Both the position numbers and the translations under genes were made by a program. A DNA stretch of 49,275 bases, from NCBI GenBank assembly GCA_000934665.2, contig KZ538763.1, positions 1 to 49,275 of the forward strand, in the 5' to 3' direction. The stretch comes from Catajapyx aquilonaris (Eukaryota). The number at the start of each line of letters is the position of its first letter. Positions within the stretch are counted from its first letter, which is position 1. The notes below the pieces were generated by a model. That model ran no database searches. It saw only the letters and a list, made by a program, of their open reading frames with translations, and had not been told where the DNA came from. Below are positions 26,620 to 37,318 of the stretch, one piece after another.

Positions 26620-28630
26620 ATGGAAGGCTTCGGCATGTGCTTGCTTGCAGGCGTCCTTACTCTGGCCACAGTTCAGGCTGGGAAAATGGACCCAAACGGA
26701 ATATTTATTGTAAAAGAAGGTGGCGTGAGTGAAGTGGACATGTTGGAGGAGTTGGTTCAACATATACGCTCCAAAGGGAGGATCTGAAGTCGTGTGCTTT
26801 GGTCCTGTCCACAGAATCTGATCCATCTGCAACTACTGTTGGCCTCCATAAAATATTGGCGGGAGACAATCGGACAGGTACCTCCCATCCTTCTCAGTGC
26901 AAATGACCACCTTTCCCCACTCCTTTGGAGTCTACCCGTGGCTGACCAAGCAGGAGGAAATGCTGGACTTCAGGACTGTCCCTCCGGACATCCTGTCCCG
27001 GGTGTGGTCCGGACTGCCCTGCACCCTTCACCTCGTCCTTCCTTCCACTCCTTCTTCCTTCCCACAGCTGCTCATGTTCACCGCCTCTCTGGTCAACATG
27101 TCCCCTGGACAGGACAGGTTCATGGTCCACTTTCAGTCTCCATACAAGACGAGTGAAGTGCACCGAGTGATGACCTCACCACCTGCCAGTGCACTCAGGC
27201 TGAAAGTGTTCACCAGCATGGAATCGGGACAGATTCGGGTGGAGACGGTATGTTTCTTCTGTGGACAAGGTGGACAACCCCACATTCAAAAGCTTGGACA
27301 CGTCCGTAAAGGAAGTAAAATTAATCTAAATCCACTATTGAACAATAACGAGCACGACTTGCACAACAAACGTGTAAGAATTGGTACTTTTTTCAACTTT
27401 GACGTGGAGAAAATTAGGAAATTGAAGCGAGAAAACAGAGAAATGGAGCTAACTTTACTTGAGCGAATGTTCATAACTTGTGAAGAATTATTACATGGGA
27501 TTATTGTTCTTGAATACATGGCCATCAAAGAGGCAACATTTGACTATCGAAATTCAAACGGATCATGGGAAGGACAGACGGGATATATTGTACGGGATCA
27601 AGCAGATGTAATGGCCCTTCACTTTCTCAATGACGACACCCTGCAGTTCCTCTTGAACAGTCCTCCCACCCTGTTCGGTTATGGGACATTTCTAACAAGA
27701 CGACCTCGTGGGATTGTGACTTGGAAGTTCATTTTCGAACCATACGATGGGTCATTTTGGGTTGTGTTTCTATTCACTATTATAGCTTGTGCCGTCTCAC
27801 TTTACATGCTCATCAAGTTTAATCGAAATCGTCCAAAAAACATGACCATATTAGAGTCGATGGGATTGGTCCTCAGAGAAATGGTCGAGCAACCCCACAA
27901 CTATGCCAATGTAATTCCTTTGTTGCTTGCGGTATCGTTTTGTTTCTTCTCAGCAGTGGTCACCTGTGGGTACAAAGGCAAAGTGGTCTCCTTCCTGACC
28001 TGGCCCCCTAGGGAAAAGGTTCCGACCAATCCAAAGGAGCTGGCCGATTCTAATTGGAGAGTGCAAGTGAGCTTGGTTGATTATTTCCTTCTGAAACATG
28101 TCGCATCCTTTTCAAATGACATGTCAATAAGAAAGATTTTAGACACCCTTGAAATTGCCGAAAGTTTGTCGGATTGTCTAGAGAAAACATCGAAGGAGCA
28201 GATAGCATGTGCCGGAATTAATTTGTTTCTGCAGCTAGAGCTGTACCGGTACAAAGGCGATGATGGTCATCTTCGGCTTCAGTTTTCTGAGGAGATAACA
28301 CTCTCTACCTATGCTTTCGCCATTACATCCAGAGCTAATTCGCCGTTAATGCATGCTGTGGAGAAATATTGCGTCCGAATTTTAACAGAAGCCAATCTGG
28401 CTGAAAAATTCTTGCAAGATGAGCTTTACGTGAAGCTTCTTAAAAATCTGAAAGCTGTAATTGACTTGGAAAATATAAACAAAGATCGCGTAAATGAAGA
28501 TGAAATTGTAGATCTTCATAAGATTTCGGCCGTATTTAACATCTGGCTTGTCGGTCTTGGTGTTAGTTGCGTGGCTTTTGTAGTAGAAAATTTCAAAGTT
28601 AGCACACCATGTGAAAGAATGTTCCCATAA
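26620..28630 (+). pseudogene. Ionotropic receptor B1, intronless CDS with two 2-bp insertions near the 5' end
   Basis: ATG at 26620 (MEGFGMCLLAGVLTLATVQAG). Relative to B2 there is an extra TA at 26763-26766 (stop TGA at 26785-26787) and an extra GA at 26863-26866. The downstream 577-aa ORF is uninterrupted, with NGSWEG, IFEPYD, GYKGKVVSFLT and M4 motifs. Confidence 0.85.
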
Positions 28631-29270
28631 TATTGAAACCATCAACGATATTCATTATGTTATTATACCTAACAGTTTATACATTTTACACGGTATTTCA
28701 ATATTACACTGATTATGGCGTTGTTTTTCTGAAATTTGTTTCGCCTCATTTCCATGTCGTATGGTAAGTATAGCATATTGAAATTGTTCTTATTACTCCA
28801 AGTTTGGGATCCCAACTTTTTAGTCCAATTTATATCCCTCTTTTGATGAATTCCATCGAGCTCTGGGTATGTCCAATGAGCTTGGGATAAATAAAATACA
28901 TGGGTAATAGCTTGTCTTACTATTACGGCGATAGCAATCGGGCTAGAATCCATTAGGAAAGTTGCGCTGCATGGCCCCAAACATATTGCATTATGAATGA
29001 CAACTATAGCCTTGGATTAAAAAAAGAGCTTTGCCTCCCTAGTCGTACTCCTTTTCTTCGTAATAAATTATTGGCCTAAAATTAGTAGTTGTCCTAAAAG
29101 CTGATTTGAATAATGTATAGCAGCAAAGCAATTTAGCTTTGGTCCCAAATGGTCAGACATGTTCACATGCTGGGTGCATGAGTGCCTTGTAATTGGCTCT
29201 GAGGTGGCTTTCATACTGTACAACAGATCCTGCAAGCACCAATTTTTTCCAGTTTGTATCCGACCTAGAC

Positions 29271-31281
29271 ATGGAAGGCGTCGGTATGTGCTTGCTTGCA
29301 GGCGTCCTTACTCTGGCCATAGTTCAGGCTGGGAAAATGGACCCAAACGGAATATCTATTGTAAAAGAAGGTGGCGTGAGTGAAGTGGACATGTTGAAGG
29401 ACTTGGTTCAACATACGCTCCAAAGGGAGGATTTGAAGTCGTGTGCTTTGGTCCTGTCCGCAGAATCGGATCCATCTGCAACTACTGTTGGCCTCCATAA
29501 AGTATTGGCGGGACAATCGGACAGGTACCTCCCATCCTTCTCAGTGCAAATGACCACCTTTCCCCACTCCTTCGGAGACTACCCCTGGCTGACCAAGCAG
29601 GAGGAAATGCTGGACTTCAGGACTGTCCCTCCGGACATCCTGTCCCGGGTGTGGTCCGGACTGCCCTGCACCCTTCACCTCATCTTTCCTTCCACTCCTT
29701 CTTCCTTCCCACAGCTGCTCATGTTCACCGCCTCTCTGGTCAACATGTCCCCTGGACAGGACAGGTTCATGGTCCACTTTCAGTCTCCATACAAGACGAG
29801 TGAAGTGCACCGAGTGATGACCTCACCACCTGCCAGTGCACTCAGGCTGAATGTGTTCACCAGCATGGATTCGGGGCAGATTAAAATGGAGACGGTATGT
29901 TTCTTCTGTGGACAAGGTGGACAACCCCACATTCAAAAGCTTGGACACGTCCGTAAAGGAAATAAAGTTAACCTAAATACACTATTGAACAATAACGAGC
30001 ACGACTTGCACAACAAACGTGTAAGAATGGGCACTTTTGTAGAAATTGATGTGGAGAAAATAAGGAAGTTGAAGTTAGAAAGCAGAGAAATTGAACTTAA
30101 TTTTTTTGAGCGATTGTTCATGACCTGTGAAGAATTACTTCATGGAATCATTGTTCTTGAATACGTTGCCATCAAAGAAGCAAGATTAGACTATCGAAAT
30201 GCCAACGGATCATGGGAAGGGCTGACGGGACACCTTGTTCGGGATAAGGTGGATGTAATGTCGATTACCTTCGTTACTGACAAGTCGCTGCAGTTCATCT
30301 TGAATAGTCCACCCACCATGTTCGGGTTTGGAACATTTGTAACAAGACGACCCCATGGGATAGTAACTTGGAAGTTCATTTTCGAACCATACGAATGGTC
30401 CTTTTGGGCTGTGTTTATACTAACTACGTATTATAGCATGTACTTTGGCACTTTTCATGTTCACTAAGACAAATCGAAATGGTTCAAATAACATGGCCAT
30501 ATCGGAGTCAATGGGATTGGTCCTCAGAGAAATGGTCGAGCAACCCCAAAACTATGCCAATGTAATTCCTCTGTTGTTTGCGGTATCGTTTTGTTTCTTC
30601 TCAGCAGTGGTCATCTGTGGGTACAAAGGCAAAGTGGTCTCTTTCCTGACCTGGCCTCCTAGGGAAAAGGTTCCGAGCAATCCAAAGGAGCTGGCCGATT
30701 CTAATTGGCGAATGGAAACCAGCGTTTTCGAATATTTCCTTCTGAAATATATTGCGTCCGGTTCACACGACGCTTCAGTAACGAAAATTTTAGAGACCCT
30801 TGCACTTGCCGAAAGGGTGTCAGATTGTCTGGAAAAAACATCGAAGGAGCAGATAGCATGTGTCGGAGTCAACTTGTATCTGCAGCAAGAGATGTACCGG
30901 TACAGAAGCGATGATGGCCATCTTCGGCTTCAGTTTTCTGAGGAGAATACATTTCCTACTTATGCTTTCGCTGCTACATCCAGAGCTAATTCACCTTTGA
31001 TGTATGCTGTGGAGAAATATTGCGTCCGCATTTTGACAGAAGGCAATCTGGTTGAAAAATTCTTGCAAGATGAGGTTTATATGAAGCTTCTGAGAAACTT
31101 GAAAGCTATTATTGCCTTGGAAAATCTAAACAAAGATCAAGTAAATGCGGACGAAATTGTAGATCTTCACAAGATTTCGGCCGTATTTAACATTTGGCTT
31201 GTCGGACTTGGTGTCAGTTGCGTGGCTTTTGTAATGGAAATTTTCAAATCAAGAGCATCATGTGCAAAAATGCTCCCATAA
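29271..31281 (+). pseudogene. Ionotropic receptor B2, intronless CDS with one 4-bp insertion in M1
   Basis: ATG at 29271 with signal peptide. Open until ACT[ACGT]ATT at about 30425-30430, which shifts the frame relative to B1 (ACT ATT). The remaining 278-aa ORF is collinear with B1. Confidence 0.85.
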
Positions 31282-32659
31282 TACTGCAGCCATGCAATTT
31301 CGACTGGATTTTTGCAAGGTGTTATTAGACGATAAAAATGGCTCATCTCAACAAACGAAGTAACAATTGAACAGTTGTGTAACGGTTAACAATGCATTTG
31401 CACTAATTGCGCAGGATCCTCCGTCATGAATCCCATGAATGTGTCTATTTTTCTCGCATGTAAATTAAGAGTAACAATTATTACATGGTTCAGGGCGAGA
31501 TTTTTAACATTCGTTGTTTCTTAATTGTCAGGATGTTGTGCGTGTTATGTATGCCCTATTTGTTAATAGACCTAATTATCTTGTATATGGACACCTCGCC
31601 CCCTTTCAACATGTCATTATGTTCATTGTAATCATCACAATAAGTTCACGAATGACTAAATAAATGAATGGATGTAAGAATTAAAATGATTCACCTGGTA
31701 TGACTTTAGGCATTTTCAGGAGGATACACCTCTACAACTACGGGTGGAATATACCTTGTTTTTCCTAAAATAATACAGTATATTATTTCACCCTATGACA
31801 AATCCAGCTGAAGGGAGTGAATTCATCAAAAGTGACAGGAATAGTTTTGGTCCACTCGCAATCACCAGTTTTCCTATAGCTTTTGAGCTCACATTGACAG
31901 TATATGATTAGCCATGACTTTGACACTGACATTCACATGGCTTGGGGGATAAGCAGGTCTGAGGCCCCGTGTATATAATTAATTTGAGAGCAATCACTAC
32001 TGCCACGTTCTAGGCTATGCCAGCAGTACACAGAATATTCTCGACAGAAACGTGGTTGAATAATATATTCGTAAAAATCCAATGGTGCCAAGTAGACTTG
32101 GACATGTAGCTTACCGCGGCACTTCACTCAGGTCAATCTGATAATGCTAACAAATATATCCAACTCACTTGCCATGTAGAATACAGCAAATAAAGACGAT
32201 TTCTTGTAAACATAGAAAACTGATAATTTCTAAGATAATCTAAGTTTACCTAAACTCATCAAAATGATACACACTACCTGCAAGCATATTCATAGCGTTT
32301 CTTGAACCAACAAGTACCGCTGAGAAAAAAGGCAACTGTTATCGCAATGAAAAATAACCTCGAATATTAATAATATCGTGCAGTTTTAAAATAATATTAT
32401 AGCGTTCTTCATATTACACTACTCGTAATACAAATTAAACTTCTTGGTGCATTTTGTTTCGAGGGACTATTGTTGTTGTTATGTTAGTCAGGGTTTTATT
32501 TCCAGGTGTACATAGGATTCCAAGCTTTGTCTTTGACACTGACATGACTTGGGAGATGATAATGAGGGAGTTTTATCGAGGCACCGTGCATAAGTAATTT
32601 GATGTTAATTACTGCTGTTGCTTTCAAGTCGATACCAGCACAGCGGAATAGTCTTGACA

Positions 32660-32788
32660 GAAAAGCATTGAATAATTTGTAAATATTCCACGTATGGTAT
32701 GACAAGTCTACTTGGACGTGTAGCTCACTACTATAGGTACTTGCAATAACAGTTTGTTACTCCTTGGTATCGGAGTGGTTTCACTATC
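32660..32788 (+). promoter_or_regulatory. Conserved upstream region of IR A2
   Basis: Same blocks as upstream of A1, with TTGAATAAT at 32668-32676. Confidence 0.55.
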
Positions 32789-35700
32789 ATGTCCTCCTTT
32801 CCATGGCTGCGGCTCTTCTGGGTGATGGTAGCCATCTTCTCTGGAGGGAAAGGAACACCACCACAGGTAAGGTTTCATTGTCATTTTTGTCAAGAATATT
32901 ATCTTTTGAATGTTTCCCTTGGTCTACGTAGTCTGAAAGGTAACTGACGTAGCAGGGTTATAATGAGGGATTCTATTCAACCTAGGTAGCACGTAATTAT
33001 TTGGTAACACATAAAAATAACTCTTCAAAAGTTAGTTCTTGAAAAGAAGCAGGTTAGCAAAAAATAATAATTGCAAATCACTCCAGACATGAAATCTGTC
33101 GGCTTCAGGATTGAATGTGTCATTATTAACATGAAAGAGGATTATGAAACAACTGGCTTCGGCCCGGACCTTTTTCCAATAGCGAATAGTTCCTATTCTG
33201 ACAACCCAATATAATTCTCTGTAATTCGTCTTATTGTGAAGAGATGAAGAATCAATATATGTGACACATGTGACACAATAATATCAAGTTGTGAAAAAAG
33301 AGAGAGAAATTACAAGTTGTGAGTTGATAAAATACTTAGCCAAGATAATTTTAATGGTGGAAAATGACAAGTAAGGCGCAACCAATTAAAATGTTAGATT
33401 CGTGAAAATGCCAATTGAGAGGCACATAAACGAATGTCTTGTGGAAAATACACACAAGCATGCTGTATTGTTTGCGCAACAGAAATAGCTATTACATAGA
33501 TATGCAACGTGCATAGCGAAATGAGTGAAGTAAGTCTCTCAGTGAAAATAGTGGTTCAAATCTGATGGTAAAATGGAATAGTCCCAATGAAAAAAAAGTG
33601 TCAGTGAAGTAACAGTGAAACCCAGTATCAGGAAAACTGATCCAGATCAAGTGACAAGCAGAAACTAGTGAATCGTTAATGGAGTCATTAACGCTGCAAA
33701 ACAATGGTGATGACCGAGTGCCAAAACAAGTTGTTTTTTTCGTGCATGAGTGTGTCCTAGATTGTGCGCATAATATTGCCGGAAATAACACGATAAGAAT
33801 AGTAGACATACATACTGTGAATCGCAACAGACCATTCGAAAACATTTTCTTTTGTGGGTGTGAAGAACAAGTGCCTGTCTGTAATCATTGTTGATTTTGG
33901 TGATAATTTTCGAGGGAAGTAATTTTTTGTAATTTCTTTGAATAAAGGTATGCCTAATAATTGTACTATCCCTATTAGCAAATTCGTGGCAGAAATAGCG
34001 CATTCCTGGAAGTTTTTGTTTTACTCCTGGATTGCGTCATCACTTTAAATTTCGCCACCTTACAGTAATTTTTCCGTAATTGCACCTACCGTACCGCCCC
34101 TAAAATGGTTAGTTGGAACGAACTGTGTTAATGTCCCATTCAGCATGGGGAAAGCAGAGTGTGATGGTGTTGCTTATGTTTTGATTCAGGTGGGGCAGAC
34201 GGGGACCGATGTGTGGAAGAAGGAGGAAGACTTGGCGTTGTCCTCAGCAGTTCGAGACGTCCTGACCACCCACTACCCGGAGTGTTCCCTGTCTGTGGGG
34301 ATGGACCACCCTGATTCCCTGGGTCCATCCATGCAAGAGACGCTGGCCTGGATGATGGGAGGGGGAGAGGGGAAGGGAAGGGAGAAGAGGAAGGGGGGAT
34401 GACCCGTGGTGGTCAGCAGGATGGAGTCCTTCACCTTTGACCCAGGTGACCACCCCTGGGTGTGGAGACCTGAGCACCTCCTCTCCTTCCGGACCCTGCC
34501 TCCCCAGATGAGGGGCAGGGCCTGGCCCGGGGGCCAATGCGCCCTCACCCTCGTCCTCTGCGCCAACACCTCCCTGTTGCCACAACTCATCGTCACCACA
34601 GCCTCTCTAGTGGACACCAGGAACCACCACGACCCTTTCTTCATCCACCTCACTGGTCCATTGGATGGAGGAACGATCCTTCTGGAGGACCCGGCCAAGG
34701 GAATCAGGCTGAAGACACTCTCCAGGTTCAGTCGGAGGGAAAGGAAGCTCTTCATTCACACCGTCTGTTACTACTGCAAGGCGGGGGAGGACTCGCTCAA
34801 TCCTCCCTTCCACTATGCCCACCATCACGATACTCAAAGTCTGTTTCCTAGTCCACCTCGAGACATGAATGGGAAGAAAATTACTTTAGGCTATCTTGAA
34901 CAAATAGATGTGGAAGGGGCGAGGTTAAAAAAGATTAAGGATGAACATGTGACGTTTGTGGAGGATATTATACTTTTGCTAGAGGAAATCTTTAACATAG
35001 TAATAGTGTGTGTTGAGCACAAACTTAATTTTAATGAATTGCACCCCAATGGTAGCCTTGCGGGAATATCACAAGAAGTGGCAACAGGTGTAATTGATAT
35101 TGCAGGCAATGGAATTTTTTCAGATACAGCTCTAAAGGCAACAATGATGGCCCATCCCATCTTTTATACAGGGCCAGGGTTTGCCACCCGGACACCACGA
35201 CCTGACATCAAGTGGTACCTCATTTTCCAGCCTTATTCTCCTACAATGTGGCTCGTGCTGCTCCTCAACCTCATCTTGTCCTCTTTCATTCTGAATATCC
35301 TGCACAGGGACAATCCCATCAGGAAACACTTCCGTAAAAATCCCACGATTGTGCTATTTGTGCATTCGTTTGGGAGCCAGCTGTCCTACCTGTCTCGCAT
35401 CCTACTAGAGCAGCCACGAGATTCAGCCAGAAAATCACGAATCCTCACTTTTAATGCATTTTTCTTAATGTTCTCAACCGTAATAGTTACCTTGTACAAG
35501 TCAAAGCTCGTGTCATTTATTACATATCCGCCACTGGAGAAGCTCCCGCAAGATTTCTATGAATTATTCGAATCAGGCATGTCATGGGGAGCAACAGAGT
35601 TTGCAGTTGTTGTTGCCTCCATCTTGATTCAAAACAGTGAAAATCCGTTATACAAGGATATGTTTGAGCAGGTAATTATAGTTCCAACTATGTACGATTG

Positions 35701-36163
35701 CCTAGAAAGAGCTCGAGTTGACGAATTTGCCTGCATGACAGTCGATCTGTTATTTGATCGAGAATGTGACAGTTTCATGGATGATAAAGGGAAGCTTCAG
35801 ATCCTATTTAGGCATCACTTTCCCTATGGTCAGGCATACACGGGGCCATCTCTCAGTCGAGATGCCATTTACTTTGTCGAAATGAACACAGTTTCTTTGA
35901 AGCTGTTGGAAGGGTCCATTTCATCCCAAATGGAATCGCAAATAAATTACCGCAACTTCTTAAGAAATTACTTCAAAATTCGTCAAGAACATAACAAAAC
36001 CATGTATTCTGAGCAGGGAAGCTTGATCACCATGGGAAAGTTGGCCAATATATTTTATGTCTGGCTGATCGGTTTAACTTCGTCTTCTCTGGTTTTTGCG
36101 CTTGAGGGATGTTGCAGGAAAAAGATGATAAATAACCAGCCCATCTATCCATTTTTGAGATAA
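32789..36163 (+). CDS. Divergent ionotropic receptor A2; exons 32789-32866 and 34190-36163; single in-frame TGA at 34400-34402
   Basis: Exon 1 MSSFPWLRLFWVMVAIFSGGKGTPPQ|GTAAGG (homologous to A1 exon 1, not in the ORF track); phase-0 intron to ttttgattcAG at 34189. Same domain motifs as A1; about 683 codons if the TGA is decoded. Confidence 0.85.
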
Positions 36164-36469
36164 CTTTCCGCATTCTTGTAATTGCCCTTTTCATGCAAGT
36201 GTAAATCCTTCTTGATTAATTTGTTAGAATATGATTATACACTCTCACAAGCACAGACTGTTAGAACCCATCAAGGATAATTATTAACTTATGAGAAAAA
36301 ACACCTCTTTATATACTGTATGTTCCTGGATAATTTATGTAAAAATGTAATCCTAAATGTGTACAAGTATGAAATAAAAGCCTTAGAATGCGTATGCTTA
36401 TGATGCGTATAATAACAATTGATAACAAAATAACAAAACCTTTCCATATTTTTTGCCATTGCGTTACTT

Positions 36470-37010
36470 CTCTCCTCCGTGCATCTCGGTACTTCCTGCC
36501 TCACACGTTACATTTACTTTTTGCTCCACCGTACCTGATTTCGGTGTCCATTTGTCTCTGCCGCTTAGGCAAAATGTCAAGGAAACTCCACAGTTCCTAA
36601 TTCTTGCATCCGTTAGCTTTTGGACATAAGAAATGCCCCCAGTTCCCAGGACATTAGCCTTTGCGTCTGATTCGATACAGTCAGTTAAAACACTTTCCAA
36701 GAGTCAGTCAACAATTTGCATTTTCATATACTACAATGTATCTATTATGTAGCAGTCAGGTTCAATGTTAAAAATGAGAAGATGACGGACCCCGTGATTA
36801 GCATCAATGTAGTCCTGCTGCGTGGTTTCGAGCGACCGCTTGCCATAATCATTGACATCTGTGCACCACAAGTTGTCGCTAAAAACCCTGCAGTATATAC
36901 AGGGATGTTTTGAGTTGGCGCTCATTAGCCCCATAACAACAAGAATTTCATATCTCCTCTAATGACCAGATTTGTTGTTATCCGCTGCTGTCCATCAACC
37001 ACTACACCTG
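36470..37010 (-). mobile_element. Decayed DDE transposase fragment (RAG1/Transib/Chapaev-like)
   Basis: Translation across one frameshift and stops: GDMKF..VVMGLMSANSKHPCIYC...HGV...IFNIEPD..IIDTL*YMKMQIVD*LLE...IRNCGV. This matches the D-x-K...GL-x7-CxxC arrangement of RAG1/Transib-type transposases. Confidence 0.55.
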
Positions 37011-37250
37011 ATGCCAAATCTTGCAAATCTGTGATAAGGTTGCAGGTGGGGTCTCTCAACACCCCCATATGTCTCCATTGCTTCCATTATCAAGATAGTT
37101 CGGTGAGATTCCATCTACATGCGAACCCCTATACGTGCACATTTCGATCCACCAATATGAAATGACAGGTAAAGAGTGAAATGACCTTACCTTATGGTCA
37201 TGATTTTCAAGAAAGATAGCATCATTTTGTGAAAAGAATTTGCTACCCTC

Positions 37251-37318
37251 CCTCGCGACCCCAAATATTATTTTCACGACCCCAAATGGGGTCGTGACCC
37301 GCAATTTGGGAAGCACTG
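37251..37318 (+). mobile_element. hAT-like MITE 3' end fragment
   Basis: Repeated CGACCCC motifs, a GGGGTCGTGACCC palindrome and terminal TTTGGGAAGCACTG, resembling hAT (Charlie-type) ends; no matching 5' TIR seen. Confidence 0.45.

Noticed and set aside
34400..34402. Internal TGA as selenocysteine
   Set aside because: The aligned residue in the B paralogues is Leu, not Cys, and no SECIS-like element shared by the A1 and A2 3' regions was evident by eye.
34270..34420. Small intron removing the TGA
   Set aside because: The candidate acceptors (gtcAG, agcAG) are preceded by a purine-rich tract rather than pyrimidines, phase-compatible donors are weak, and splicing would delete sequence homologous to the B coding region. 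Not strictly excluded without RNA data.
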